Positions 1 to 13,106 of a stretch of 64,000 nucleotides of DNA are shown here, in pieces (within the stretch, counting starts at the first letter, position 1; each line of letters starts with the position of its first letter). The notes under the pieces are model-generated. The model ran no database searches. It was not told where the DNA came from and saw nothing but the letters and a program-made list of their open reading frames with translations. Origin of the DNA: Amoebophrya sp. A120 (taxonomy: Eukaryota > Protista > Dinoflagellata); contig CAJINV010000003.1 of assembly GCA_905178155.1 (NCBI GenBank), forward strand, positions 11,759,105 to 11,823,104, given 5' to 3'. The translations under genes were made by a program, and so were the position numbers.

Positions 1-387
1 AACAAGGCCGGCCCCTCGCCAGCGCCCGACAGCACTGCACTCGGGGCGCCTTCGCAACACAGTCGCCAAGTGTGGCGAGAAGGGTTCTGCGAGTGAGGTC
101 CACCCGCCCAAGTAAAGGGAGTACCGCGCTCAAGCTTTAGATTCCGCGATGAGCGACCTCGCGCCCTACCCCGCGCGCCGTCGCCCCTCCTTCCCGTCCT
201 CGCCTAGTTCTTCTCTTCCCCTCCCGCCCCTGCGACCGCACTGCTTTTCCTGGAGATTCCTTCCCCCGAGCTAGTAATTTACATTTAATTCAGTTCATCT
301 TGTTTCAAGACCTGATTTCTCAATGATGAATGGTCATCACCATGACCATCTTGAATCAGCATCAACCCCTAAAAAGCAATGACACTA

Positions 388-3300
388 CTACAACTTAAAT
401 AATACCCTCGGCGCATCCCTTGAGTCCCCATATGGCACCGTGCGTTTTCGCAGTCTTCTTCTCGGCAACTGCTTCAGCTGGTCCTGATCGCCCTCGATCC
501 GCAGCACCATGGTGATTTGCGATCTCTTGTCGCCTCGCGCAGCCACGTTCCACGAGGTCACGCCCGTCATCCCGGTGCCCCGAAACGCGATCAACCTCTG
601 CGCCGCCACGTGGAACCACTCGTTGCAGTTTTGCACACAGACTTTGCTCCCCATGCAAAACCCCGCCGCAAAGTTCTCCTTGTGCAACACCGCGAATCGG
701 CGGGAAAACTCGCGCACCCGGTCTCTCAGAGTGGATTTCTTGCCGCAGTTATTACAATGAAAAATGCCCCCACCCCCGAACTTGAAAGCATTTGTATTGC
801 AAACCTTTCCAAATGAAACATTCGCCCTCTTGCATGTATCAGCATCACAGATTTCCGATCGTGAATAGCAAAAATTTGCATTGCAAAAGATCCCAGCAAG
901 AGCGGCGCTTGTCATGCAAGCGATGCGAAACACGACTAGAATCTGCATCAGAAAGATTCATACTCCTTTCGTGCATGACAAAAAGTTTTCATTTGGAAAC
1001 TTCGCATCACAAATTTTTGCAACTTTGAGGGTGGGGGGAACTTTTCACTGTAATAGCAGTGTTTTTTCAGGAAAACGACCCACTGCCGGACGGAGTATCA
1101 AATGTAAAAATGTCTGGGTCTGGAAGAATGCAACTTGTCATGCTAAATCTGAAGCAGGCAAAAAATTGTGGTGCATGATTGCCAAAAGTCGTCCAGTTTT
1201 GACCAAGTCGGGAGGCAGTTTCTCATGCAGGATAGGCATGAGAAGGATCGCACAGAATTTGTCATGCTAGGTCCTGCATTCCAGACCTCATGGGTCATGG
1301 AAAAGCTGCATGAAAAATCGCGCATTCTTCCAGACCCAGACATTTTTACATTTGATACGGAGAGCTCCTGGACGATCCCCAGCGCCGCCTTCTTTTTCTT
1401 CGGCATCTTCGGCACGTCCGCCTCCTTGCCTTCCTTTTTCGCCTTCTGCCGGGCCCGCATGGCCGCCGCCTCCGCGGCCGCCCGCTCCTCCCCGTCCCCC
1501 TCGAAACCCGGATCCAGCATCGGCCACGAGCCGAATTCGCACAAATACTGTCCCGCGTACGCAAGGCGCTGGCGCCCGAAGTAGTCCGGCGGAATCTTCT
1601 CCCTGCCCGCGCGCACCGCCCGGAGCAACGCGGCGCACTCCGGGGTCGGACCCGTGGACCCCCCGGGGGACGCCATTTTCCGGCCCTGTTGCACGTTTCT
1701 GGACGGGGAGGGGAGATTTGTCAATACCGGCGAAGTCGCCGTGCCAGCATGCGCAGCTTTCGTCGGAGAAGACAACTGCTGGTTTTCTGCGTCTTTATCT
1801 CCGACAGCGTTGTTTGTGAACCCGAAGACCGCGTTCGCGTGGTACCCGGCGTTCATTTTCACCGTCGACAGAGCTAAGCGCGCTTTTTTCGACGGCTTGA
1901 CAAAGTTACTCTCCTTGCAAACGCGATCGACAAAAAACACCGCCCGAAACATGTCGTCGACGTTCTTTCCTGTCACGCCCTCGTGCTTGCCCCGCTTGCT
2001 GAGCCACTCGTTACTGACGAATAGCGGCTTGACAAGCTTTTTGTCTTCTTCCTCGAAGGACAGCTGAAACATCGCGGAACTGCTACTTCCCCCTCCCGCG
2101 TTACTATTGTTCATCCCGTCTTCGCCCGCCGTGAGGCTTTTCGCGAGCAGCGTCTGCACGTCGGGAAGGGGCTCATCATCTGACGGCCGTTTGTAGACCG
2201 GAATGGTCACGTACGGCTCGACACCTAGCGGCCCCATTTTCTCCATTCGACGGGTGATCAACTCCTTCCGGTACTCCTTGCTGGCCTGGTTTCGGAACTT
2301 TTGCATCTTGGTCAACACCCCCCAACACTCGTCGTCGTCCAGATTGGGAAAGGGGTCCGGGCTCTTGTTCGTGCCAAAACCAGCGAATCCACCCTCGCCA
2401 TCCGAGGGCAGCGGGGAGTCCGGCTGGTAGTCGGCGGCCTGCTTGCGCTCGGCGAGGAAGGCGAACTCCATCGGATCCCGCATCTTGTCGCCCTCGACGA
2501 GAGACTGTGGTGGAAAAAATTGTTTTTCAATGAAGTAGCGCGCAAAGTCCTCATCTCCTGCAACGTACGGAAGACCACGGCGCATGACAAAAAAATCTCA
2601 AACTCCATGATTTTTCAAATGGATCATAACTCCTCTACCTGCAGCACCGGGAAGACACTGTTTTCCTCCAAGTTCTGGCTTCCGAACAGGATCTCGTTTT
2701 CGCGCAGAACCTTCCCCAACTTCTCCGCCGACTGCTTGTACCACTGCTTCAGACTGTAGATGTCCCGCTGGTCCGCCCAGTTTTCCAGCAACCACTCGTG
2801 CAGGTAGGTCCGGACGGAGTGCTCGCGGAACTGCAGCGTCTCGACCTCGCGCACCAGCTGCGTCCGCAGCACGGTGACAAAACGGTCGAATTCCTTTTCG
2901 TTCACCTTGGCGCGCTCGCGGCCAGCGAGTAGGTCTTCCAGCACCTGCTGCTTCTCCTTTTTCTCCCGTTCCGCGGTGTCTTCGCGGGGCGCGACGTTGC
3001 GCAGATTGGTCACCCAAGACAGCCCGTCGCCATCTTTGAGGTCCTCTGCGAACGGGAGCGAATCCAGGAAACCAAGGCTGTTCATAATTCATGGTGGGTT
3101 GATCAAGTAGTAATCGCCGCACACTTGCAGCTTCAGCAAATGCAGACACGAAACAATTCATCTTCTTCTTCACCAACAGCAAATGCAGATGTTGAACAAA
3201 CACAAAAACTACAAATAGAAAAACCCCATAATCTTCCTATGTATTTTCTCTACCCTCCAGGCTGGGGCGGTTTTGTCCGTTTTTCCCGTCGGTATCCCGT

Positions 3301-6300
3301 CCGCGTCCCGGGAACCTCGTCCTCGGACTCGTCGTCGTCGCCTTCCATCGGGATAACGTTCTTCAAAAATTGCGTAATTTCCTGCGCGTTCCGCTGTTGC
3401 TCCTCTAATACAGATTCCAAAGACTGCCGCAGATGCGCCGGCGTGGCGGTCGACGAGGATGCCTTTGCCATCGAGCTGGGCGCCGCGCGCGACCCTATGG
3501 ACGGCAAATATGTCGGAGTCTACTGGGACGACATGTTTGCAAGACTTGTATGCAATGCTCGGTGGCGAGCAGGACTACACTTGTATCTGTGATGCATCTT
3601 ACGCAACACCAACAGAGCTGCTCGCTTGTGATGCAAAAACGCTGTTTTTTGTGCGGCGTAGGCAAGAAGGTTGCCGTTCGAAAACTTGTCAACGAGCATA
3701 GCTACGTATATATTCAGGTCTGACTGCCATACGCCTGATAGCATGACAACTTTCGACCAGACCCAGACATATTTGCATTTGATAGCCCCTGATCCCGTGC
3801 TATTCGTGAAGGCGATGGACGCATTGGCGTCGAATGTGGGAAAGACCGAATGGTATTCACGGATCGGCTTTCCGTTTTTGTCGTATTTGCTATGCATTGC
3901 AAAAGTACATCGCACGAGCAGAAATCGCATATACAAATTTTGTTCCCAAGAGCAAATGGAGCTTGTCAACATGCTGAAACAAGTAAAGTAGGAAAGATGC
4001 AATTTGTACTGGACTGCGATACTTACACTCTTGCAATGCATATTTGATCGGTAGCGACAACTGCCCCAGCATTTCAACCATGCCATTCGGCCCCATGTCC
4101 ACGATCTTTTTTGCCACTGCTTTCCCGTAGTTCGCGTTCGCCTGCCTGGCGATTTGCCGCTCCGCTTTTTTCAGCTTTTTGTGTAGCACCGGGTCGCCGG
4201 ACAGGCGCTTTTCTATCTCTTGCTTCAAGGAAACTGATTCCGTTTTCTCCTGTTTCAGCAGCTGGATATCTGTGGAAAACGCGGATTTTTCCTTCCGATC
4301 GTGGATCCGCTGCTGCCGCGAGTCCGTTTTCCTGGGTGGCTTTTTCGGAATCCCAAAGGTATCAACCGTTCCGAGATCCGAGTCGCCGGTGGAGGGCTTC
4401 GACGTCCGCGACTCGTTCAAGAGATCTTGTGGTGACTTGACCAGTTTCCGTTGCATCCAACCTTCCTCGATGGAAAGCTGGCCCGAAACGGTGTCCCCCC
4501 AAATCGAGCGGTCCTGATTGGAGGGCCGACCCGGTTGATGTTGGGGTGACCGTGTAGTTCTTGAGGTGGGCAACCGCGAATCGTAGTCGACGTGGTCGTC
4601 GCCATCGTGATAATTCATCCCAGATTCCTGATTTTTCCCCGCGCCCGCTGCAGCCGCTGCACCCGGCGGCCCTGTGGGTACAGCTTTCGCGCCCGTTTGG
4701 TGCCGGGGTGGTCTGCTGCCCCCTTGCTGGGTGGTCCGATTTAGTTGTCCTGGCCCTCCTGCTTGCTGTCCGCCACCGGGCCCAAGGTCCTGACCACCCG
4801 CGCCATTCTCGTAGTAGTCCTGAGCGTCTACCAGCGGGACAAGCTTTTGCAGCTTGTCCGCTTCTATCGAACGTAAGCATGTCTGGGCCTGGAAAAGTGC
4901 AAGTTTGTTTATGCTTGTCTCTTCACATGATGTAATGCGTCAGCAGGAAAAAACAAGTCTCTTGCATGTAATGCAGAAAATGCAGTTTGCAATCCGGAAA
5001 GCGAAACACAAGGGAGCGTGGAAGCTTGCCATGCGTGGCTGCGTATTGCAGTGCACCTACCATTCAAAAACTAGCATCACAAGTCTCCAGACCCAGACAT
5101 GGTCGCAATGCGTAGGCTCCACAAGAGGCACAAACTCCACATCTTCCTCCCCAGTCTGGCTGCCGGGGGTTCCGGTCCGCTTGGCCCGCGGGCCGCTGTA
5201 CCGTGAGTGATACGATCCTTGTCCTTCCTCCTGATGATCCGCATTACCACTGTATTGCGGCTCCAACAACCCCAGCGACTCTAGATCTGTGTCCACGCCG
5301 GCTTGGCTCCCGCGGGACAGCAGCATCGCACGTTTATCAACTACAAATATGTCTGGGTCGCGGAAAAGATGCAACTGGTTTGCGTTGCTGAGTTCTGCAT
5401 GAGAAATAAGCAGTCTGGTATTTGTTCTATTTACGGCACGAGCGTATATTGCAATGTAAAATCAAAAATGAAGTTTAGGTAGATCACTGTAGCCGGAGCG
5501 AACTGCGAGAGTTGATTGTGACAAGAGCTGCTTCGCATCACAGATTTGTTCCCGATCCAGATCGATATTTGCGATGCGTAGCGCTCCTGCAGCGTCAATT
5601 CCGTCTGCTCGGACCGCGACGCCTGCGGCACGAAAAAGCGTCGCGGCTTCGTTGTGGTTACAATCGACCGTGCTAGGTTGGTGTGCTGTAGTGCGGCCTT
5701 CTGCTTGTTCACGTGATTCGTCCCTTGGTGTGGTCCTTGTTGTTGCGCTGGCTGTAGTGCTTGGTGCTGGGAGTTATTATTCCCAGACATTCGGGGCGAA
5801 CTGCTCCGGTTGCGGAGATTTTGCTGTTCCTTCTCGGAGACCGACAAAGAGTTCATGGTGGTCAAACTCGCAGACAAAGACCCCGAGAGGTGCACCCGTG
5901 TAGTCGTCGTGTTGCCGGCCAGCGTATCCTGAGGAAGTAGCGTCCCACCTTGTTCCCATACTCAAACGGCAGGTAATCTGTTATTTTTTGTGGCCACAAA
6001 AAAATCAGCTCTGCCCTGCAAGCAGATTTTTGCAGAGGCCGCCGATCAATTAGTGTCATGCTGTTGGATCTACAGGCCGGCCGTTTTCAATTCTGACCAA
6101 CTCGACCCGGACGCCCCTAAACAGGCTGGGGATCTGCCCCCGGTCCCCTACTGCACGACAGAGCTTACTCGTTTATGCAAATCTAGCACCAGATGAAACT
6201 TCGTTTTATTTGAATATGGGGAGCGGAATTTTTCCTTTTGATAAAGCGTCGTGGTGGTGGTTTTTGACCAGGAGCGGGGCGACTGCATCTGCGACAGCTT

Positions 6301-6390
6301 TTTCAGCTCGTCTTGGTACGTCAGCTCCTCCGCGTTTCGGGGCCGGAAAAACTTCCGCGACAAATGTTGGCCGTCGTAGCGGGCCTGTCA
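388..6390 (-). CDS. Large multi-exon hypothetical protein (low complexity, charged), interrupted by 7 introners plus other introns
   Basis: ORF pieces 6148-6363, 5431-5895, 5057-5374, 3890-4618, 3520-4086 and 3250-3507 join in frame, as do 1143-2585 and the 388 frame, when each element plus one TSD is removed (e.g. ...IVQELSVRQWVVFLKKHCGKK...). A GT-AG intron plausibly links 3250-3507 to 2624-3085. The link to 1143-2585 and the 5' start are uncertain. Confidence 0.55.
750..1055. mobile_element. Introner/MITE family B (TIR TATTACARTGAAAAATGCCCCCACCCCC)
   Basis: TA ends, perfect TSD GCAGT/GCAGT; homologous to copies at 22612, 41026, 46706 and 47101. Confidence 0.92.
1096..1357. mobile_element. 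Introner/MITE family A (TIR TATCAAATGTAAAAATGTCTGGGTCTGGAAG)
   Basis: Perfect 36-bp TIR, TSD CGGAG/CGGAG. Confidence 0.93.
3496..3784. mobile_element. Introner family A, diverged
   Basis: Right TIR CCAGACCCAGACATATTTGCATTTGATA, degenerate left TIR, TSD GACCC/GCCCC; removal restores frame. Confidence 0.8.
3891..4042. mobile_element. Short introner (A-like ends TATGCATTGCAA)
   Basis: 12-bp perfect TIR, TSD TTTGC/TTTGA; frame restored (PIKYDKNGKP). Confidence 0.8.
4865..5114. mobile_element. Introner family A, diverged
   Basis: ATGTCTGGGCCTGG...CCAGACCCAGACAT, TSD GCTTC/GGCTC; frame restored. Confidence 0.8.
5335..5580. mobile_element. Introner family A, diverged
   Basis: A-type TIR remnants, TSD ACGTT/GCGCT; frame restored. 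Confidence 0.78.
5925..6243. mobile_element. Introner family C, diverged
   Basis: Right end ATATGGGGAGCGGAATTTTTCCTTTTGATA, TSD CAGCG/AAGCG; frame restored (TTTLAGNTTTTRVHL). Confidence 0.8.
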
Positions 6391-6922
6391 GGGATGAGGG
6401 TCGTGTGGGGGTGGTTTACGTTTTGCAGTTCTAGTTCTACTTCTATTTGGAATAACAGGAATAGTCAGTGAACATAATCGAACAACAACGAAACAAAATT
6501 TTATTGCACAACCTTTAACATTAACCCAATGAACTAAAATAGTACCTTCTGGTAGCACTTGTAGCAGCCACAGGTCGGCGCGTGGATAGCGGTTTGTGTC
6601 ATCGCCTGTCTACGATAGTGCACCACCCTCCCCAGCTCCTTCTCGGGCAAGATTTCAAAGCAGTAGTCGTCTTCGGCAAAGTCGGTATTTTATGAGGGCG
6701 AAAATCAAAATCTACGCTAGTACATCTTCACAAAAATTTCCGATGCAACTCCGTAACTACTATGCGTGCTCTCATAGCAAAGCAGGGAGAGAGGTACTTA
6801 TCTATTTTTACGCGACCCGGTGTTTTGTACAGCTTAGGCAACATCGCGAATGAAAGTCCTCGCGGCACCAATTTGTATATATTATTTGTGTGAAGATGAT
6901 GATCGTAGGTCCTACATCTTCT

Positions 6923-9900
6923 CTATCTGTGCGATAAATGATTGCTTTTCTCGATGCTACCCTGTTGCTGCGTCAGAACGCTGCTTTTCATCAGATCGGA
7001 GTGCGATATGCATTGCAAATATGTCTGGGTCTGGAAGAGTGTAAACTTGTCACGCAGGTCTTCCATGATCCATGAGGTCTGGAATGCGGGACCAAGCATG
7101 ACAGACTCAGTGATGTCTGTGTCATGCCTTTCCTGCATGAGAAGCTCCGTCCCAACTTCGTCGAAAGTGGACTGCTTTTGGCACTCAAGCAACACAGATT
7201 TTTGCATGATTCAAATTTAGCACGACAAGTTGCAATCTCCCAGACCCAGACATATTTGCATTCGCTATGCGACACCAAGAAACTATTCCGCAGGTTGTGT
7301 TCGTTCATCTGCAGAAAGTGGGGGTCCTGGAGCGACGTGGTGGAAAGTGGAAACTGTTGCAGTTCCAATTGGCTGTTTGTCGGGCCGTCGCTGTTTTTTT
7401 GTCCGCACTTTCAAATGTTCTTTCGTGTTTTTGTCTACATACACAAATTGTCGGTGCTTGAGCTTGGACGATACTAGACTTTACAAAAATACCCTAACCT
7501 CATGCTTTGCATCAATCTTGTCCATAATATGCAAATAACCGACCATCTTCACAGCAGCAAAAAAACAAGGTGGGACAAGCTTCTATAGATAGTTTGGGGG
7601 GTAAAACAACAATCGAATCTACCGTCCTCCTCCGAAGGCCAGCATCATGCTTCCGTGCGTCATACTCGCCCCGGGATCGAACAATTCTTCGTATTTTTGT
7701 CCCTTTTTCGGCACCCCGGCCAAAACATCCCCTAGAGGGGATACCACCCCGGCGTCTTTTTCGAGTTATGCATTGCAAATTATACGCCTAGGTCTGGAGG
7801 AGGATTGCAAGACTTCTTCTGATGCCTGAGTGACATTCCACCCAGCCATCTCTGTGACGCAAGGCCACGAAAAGAGGATCTCCTTGCGGGTCATGCAGAG
7901 ACACGCAGTTCGCCATGCGGAATACGCACCTACTGCACATGGCAGCTAGAATACAACTCGCCCATCTCCATCATTCACAACCCAGCATTAGAAATTGCCA
8001 GAGCCAGACCGAGAGATATTTGCATGTGATACCGGTGAGGTGAAGGCCACGGTGGTGTCTTCCGAGGGAAGTTGGTGGTGCAGAAGATTCAAACTCGTCC
8101 CCGCTTGTGGTTCTTCTAGCTCCCGTGATTGTTGCTGCGAGTTGATTCTCTCCCGCTCGCCCACACTCCTCCGGTCAATCGACAGGTGGTCAAGATTGGC
8201 GGGGTTGTTCTTTGTCAGGTTTACCTCCACCTCGCCCGCCGCGGACTGGAGCTCCGGATAAAGACTGCCCCGGCTGTCGGGCGGAGGGAACAACACCTGC
8301 TGGCCCTCGTTCTCGTTGCGACGCGAAGAGGAGCTGGATTTGTGAAACACGATAGGATGTGGCTGCTGCGCAGTAATATTGGTCGCGTAGTTGTACTGAT
8401 TCCCCACCAATAAAACCCCTCCCTGTCGCATGGCCGGCGCCGTTCCGCTTTCCCGAGGAATCACGCCGCGTCGACCTGCATTAGAATCAGCAAATCCTGC
8501 CTGCTGCTGCTGTTTATTTACCGCTGCGGTCGGCGCGCCGCTCATGATCCCGCCCCCGCCCATCCCCGCCGGAGCACTCGCGCGGGCGGGCGACTTATTC
8601 AGATTCACCGAATCATCGGAGGTGTACTTATCCTCAGGAGCTCCCCGAGGACCACGAAAATTGACGCCCGTCACCGGGGAAGTTGTCGAAGCCACAGCAG
8701 CCCCAGCACCTCCTGGAGCAGCAGCTGCGGTGTACTGCACACTGACCACTCTGCCGCCACTGCCGACCCGCGGACTCGCGAGCTGGTCCCGCTCCGCCCG
8801 GATTACCCGCTTCTGCGGGGTCAGGCCTTCGCGCGATGGTGCCTGCTTTTTCCGTTTAGGCGAAGACGTGTTTGACCCCGGTGTCGGCACCGTGTACTCG
8901 TGTATGGCCTCGGCGCGCAGCTGCTTCAACTCCTGTTGCCGCGTTTTGTTCTGCGTTCTTGCTGCACTGTTGCCCGCCGCCGCCGCGGGGGGAGCGCCGG
9001 AAGGACCAGTTGTGGTGGGCAAATTCAGGATCTCGCCCGGACGGAACACGATCTCCTGCAGCGGGGAGGACACTTTGTCTTTGGAGACGTCCAGCTGCAA
9101 GTCCTGATTTTCGTTGTCCGTCATCTTTCGACGCAGCTTCCTCGACGGTGAACCCGCAGGCGAACGCATACCGCTCAGCGGATCGGGTATCACAGGAGAA
9201 TTTCTTTTTGTACATGCAGCGGCGCTATCGACGTTTGCCTCTGCACATCAATCCTGGGCAGAAACAAAAAAATACACAACGGGTGGGCGAATTCAATGAA
9301 TACAACAACTTGAACTTCTATCCACCCAGCACGACATTTTTAAGTACATACATGATAGACGCATTGTAGCCTCTAGCCGTTCTAGTGTCAGAGTAGCTGT
9401 GCAAAGCACCAAAAATAAATGTCTCCGTGTGATACCGGGCAGAAGATTTTTGTCCACGCTTTCGTGCACCACCCAAGTGGATTCGCCAAAAATGGTTTCC
9501 TCCACGGGCACCACGGTGGTTGCTGCTTCGTTCAGCTGCGCCAGCATCTGGTGGACGGGAGATGACTCGGGGAACGCGGCCAGCGCACCGGGCGTCTCGA
9601 TTGCGCGACTCCCACGGCTGATCGGATTCAACCCACTCGACGCGTTCGTCCCGGCGGAGGCTTTTATGCACTGCAAAACGGAGCAGGGCCTGCGTGCAAA
9701 ACGACTTTGCGCATCATCACGTGGTCCCTAGAAACAGACGGACCCCTTGAGACCACTTTTGGTTTTTTCTCTGATGCTTTAGACTGTTCAACGGCTAGAC
9801 TCAGGGTTGTATCAAAATATCTTAGGTGGAACATCAACACAAGTCTTCTCATGCATCGAGCTCGGCAGAGCATTCTCCTTTCGCAGTGGATAGCAAACGG

Positions 9901-12900
9901 GGCGGGGCGGAGGTAGCCACCACCCGCCTCTGGTTCTAGTTCCTGTGCCATAAAACTCGGCTCGTGCTCGTCGATCGTGGCTCCTCCCAGCGGCAGCACC
10001 AGCGCGCCAATCGGGGTTTTCAGCTCGTGCCCGTCAATGTAGGGTTCCGTGATTGGTGGCTTCCGGCTGCGGGGCGACGACACGGCGGGCGAGCGGCTGG
10101 CACTGCTGGGACTCACACCGCCCCTCCTCGCTGCACGACCACCGGGGCTGTGTAGTTGAGTACCGCTCGTAGAGGCGCCCAACGTAGTACCGAGCAAACT
10201 CGGCTCTGGCTGAACGAGCACTCCTCCCTGATTTGAGGAAGTAGACGCGGACGCGAGGACGTGGTGCCCGCCGGGTCCACCCAGCTGTGCCCCACCGACA
10301 CTGGCTGCTCCGAGGCCAGCACCGAGTTGTTGGCTGGTAGTCCCAACGCTACCGGACAGCTGCGTTGAGCCACCTGCACCGATTATCACACAGAAAAAAA
10401 CTGGCAGGTCATATTTGTAATGCAAAAATAAATAGACAAGAAAACTTGTATTGCATACCCGAAATAGCATGCTACGAGGTCGCCCATGCTGTGTATTTAT
10501 TTTTGCATTACAAATATGCCCTGCCAGCTTTTTTCTGTGGGATACCGATTTCGGAGTCGTGCGACAGCTATGAAGAGGAAATGAAAATACAGTACGTCCC
10601 ACGCTCTGCGGTCAATAAATTTGAATCACAGAGGCGCATCCTGCTCGTGAAAAAAGTTCATATACTGATGTGCTATTCTTTCCTCAATGAATTGTTCGTT
10701 CGTGTAGAAACGAATGATCCGCGTGCAAATTAAGTTCTGTTGAAACCATTGCAGGAGAGAAATCAAATGAAATGCATGATATTGAAGTTGAAGTTGATGC
10801 ACGCTGCTCTGCATGGCAAATTCGAGACCGAGAGCAGATAAGGGGTACTAAAATTGCACGTGCGTAATTGATCTTCCTGGGACATGACGCTCGCGATCAA
10901 TTTGTTCGAAAAAGCCGAGCTGGTCGTAGTGTTCGCCGCAGCCATAAAATTCGTATTTGTGTTGCGCCTATGCAGTGCAAAACGACGACCGCTTCGCAGG
11001 CGCTCCAGGTACTAGTACACTGCAAAAACAGCATAACAATTTTTTCTACCTTGCAGCACATTCTACTTTCAGCAATAAAATTTGCTTTCTCATTTTGGAC
11101 CACGAAGGAGGAGGAAAAACTTGTTTTTTCATTTCTGTACTTTCAGGAACACCTGAAGATAAGTCGTCGTTTGCAAAGCTTAGCGATCGATGTTGGAGGC
11201 TTGGTAGCTCAAGGGCTGGTCCGCATCATGGTCTGTCACAATCTCGTCCTCCAGAATCGATATCCACCGCAAATATGGCTGGGTCTGGAAGAATACACAA
11301 GTTTCGAATGCAGGTTTTGCAGAAGATACCAGAAGGTTGATGGGCATGCTGGGCGTAGCATCACAGGTTCTACGAGTGCTCTGCGAAGCGTAGTCTGCGA
11401 CACAGAGGTCAAAACTTAGCGTGGCCAGGCTGTTTCTACTGATCGCACATGACACATTTTTGTAAGACTGATCGAGAGCATCACAAGTTTGCACCCTTGC
11501 AGACCAGCACACATATTTGCATTTGATAATCGGCGGCGGGAAGCCAGTGACCGAATGCGACAGCGAGGTCGAGAGCATCATCTGGTCTTGCGCACCGGAA
11601 AAGGCTTGCTGCTGGTACGGGTTGTTTCCTGCGGCAAATTGGCCGTACTGCGAAGTCTGCGGGTACTGGTCGTGAAGCACCGCGGTGGTCGACGTGGTCG
11701 AGTAATCGTAGCTGTACGGTTCGTATGCATTGCAAATCCACGATCTGAGTCCGGAACTTGCGATGCGTCGGTCCTGCAGGGGAAGTAGAGGCATAAGCAC
11801 AAATTTGTCCTGCGCGGGAAGAGGCATAAGACGCACATCATTTTTGGCCATGCTGAAACGGTGAAGACTTCTACAACTCATGCGGGAAATATATTGCGAA
11901 GTGTTTAACAGCAAAACCTCTGACGCTGTCCCTTGCAATCTCTACCTCGATGAGCATCCAAAATCTGCATAACGAACTGCCGCACTCATCCAGACCAAGA
12001 TCACATATTTGCGATGCATACTTCGTTTTGGTGGAACGACGACGCCGAGGCGGAAAACGGGAACAGTTTTTGCTGGTGTGCCCCGACCTGACCGCCAGCT
12101 GAGAACCGCTCCGGCAACCCAAAATCGCAACTGCCCCCGATGAATTCCGTCGGGGAAATTTCGTAGGAGTCCTTCTTCGCCGAGGCCCCGAGCGCCACGG
12201 ACTGGAGAAAGTTGGAGAGGGCTTGCTTCGTGGAGCCCCCCACGATCTGGTCATCCATCTTGTCGACTTGCCGCTGGATCTCCGGCAGCAGCTCCAGTGT
12301 GCTCGTGTTCTTCAAGTCATACTGCGTCTGCGTCGTGGCGTGCATCAAGCGGCCAATCTGCGTCACGAGCCGCTCTCGCTTCTCCTCGCTCGACACCTCC
12401 TGGCCCCCGGTTTCCCGGAGCAGCGCTCCCATGTTCCGCAGCTGAGCCACGAAATCCTCCTGCAGATTGGGCCGCTTGCTAGAGGAAACCTCGAGTTTGG
12501 GGTACCCGACTGAACAAGGAGGGAACGGACATGCACATAGTGCCGGTGAAATATGTCATGGAGGACTGCACTCAAAGTCAAACCATAAAAACGAATCAAT
12601 AGATACCGCAACGATCAGCTGCTACATTTTCGTGTACTATCAAAATATATATGCTAATGCTTCGGCATCATTACAAATACTCTGCCTACCGTCATGGGGC
12701 TCAGGCTTTTCAACTTGGTCACGCGGGTGACTTTCTGCTTCGTCGGCGACCGTGCGTGGTACAGATTGGAGACCCCGCAGAACAGCGGCGCCTGCATTTC
12801 GTGGTAGGAGCTGGCGTTGGGGTCTGTGTGGCCGGTGCTCCATGTCGACAGGTAGCAGTCGTTGATGCCTTCCTTCGGCCCGTTTCGTCGGCCCCGCGAA

Positions 12901-13106
12901 GGGGACGTTTTCGGTTGTTTTTCGTTCTGCTTCCGCGGCGGTGGCGAGGACCCGGACTTACTCGCAGTGGTGCTGTTCTTTCCGGTCACCTTGCCCGCGC
13001 TTTGCTTCTGCTTCAGAAGTTGCTTGTTCCGGGCAATCATGTCCGTGGGACCCTGAGCCAGGGACACGGTGCGCGCCAGAGACGGCAACTTGTCCTGCTT
13101 CGTCAT
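6923..13106 (-). CDS. Large multi-exon low-complexity (S/G/Q/P-rich) hypothetical protein with 8 introners
   Basis: ORF pieces from 12654-13106 down to 6923 join in frame across each introner. The intervening ordinary introns were not fully resolved and no domain was recognised. Confidence 0.55.
7007..7267. mobile_element. Introner family A
   Basis: TIR pair, perfect TSD TGCGA/TGCGA; opposite orientation to the copy at 1096. Confidence 0.9.
7767..8031. mobile_element. Introner family A, diverged
   Basis: TIR remnants, TSD CGAGT/CCGGT; removing the element plus one TSD avoids an in-frame TAA. Confidence 0.75.
9188..9434. mobile_element. Introner family H (TIR TATCACA(C)GGAGA..TTT.TTTTTG)
   Basis: About 24-bp imperfect TIR, TSD TCGGG/CCGGG; frame restored. 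Confidence 0.8.
9665..9892. mobile_element. Degenerate A-like introner
   Basis: Ends TATGCACTGCAAAA / TTTCGCAGTGGATA, decayed TSD GCTTT/GCAAA; frame restored (PFASAGT). Confidence 0.65.
10384..10544. mobile_element. Introner family E with about 50-bp TIR (near-complete fold-back)
   Basis: TATCACACAGAAAAAAACTGGCAGGTCATATTTGTAATGCAAAAATAAATA mirrored at the right end; perfect TSD CCGAT. Confidence 0.9.
10969..11182. mobile_element. Degenerate introner (TIR core TGCAAA(A)CGACGAC)
   Basis: TSD GCGCC/GCGAT; removal eliminates a TAA and gives IDRNTNTNFMAAAN. Confidence 0.72.
11261..11528. mobile_element. Introner family A
   Basis: TIR pair, TSD ATCGA/ATCGG; frame restored. Confidence 0.85.
11724..12020. 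mobile_element. Introner family A, diverged
   Basis: TATGCATTGCAAAT / ATTTGCGATGCATA, TSD GTTCG/CTTCG; frame restored. Confidence 0.82.

Noticed and set aside
750-1357. Tc1/mariner-type elements with TA as the target-site duplication
   Set aside because: Leaving a single TA breaks conserved frames (e.g. PRP19 would read KLQVPAD instead of KYLLI). A separate 5-bp duplication lies outside the TAs, so TA belongs to the element.
881-1638. Recurring peptides CKNVWVWK / FQTQTYL / NVKMSGSG in many ORFs as a protein family or transposase
   Set aside because: They are translations of the family A TIR. No transposase ORF or DDE domain is visible in the window.
6388-6400. Stop-codon reassignment (in-frame TGA upstream of the 6148-6363 ORF), as known for one Amoebophrya lineage
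   Set aside because: Conserved genes here have long stop-free exons and normal terminal stops. This TGA is followed by a CAG that can serve as a splice acceptor.
9664-10602. ORF reading straight through the family E element, suggesting exonisation
   Set aside because: Element plus TSD is 166 nt, and the upstream exon fits a different frame after an AG acceptor. The read-through is probably chance.
1096-12020. CRISPR-like array from the repeated CCAGACCCAGACAT
   Set aside because: The repeats are inverted pairs, dispersed and irregularly spaced in a eukaryotic context, with no cas genes.
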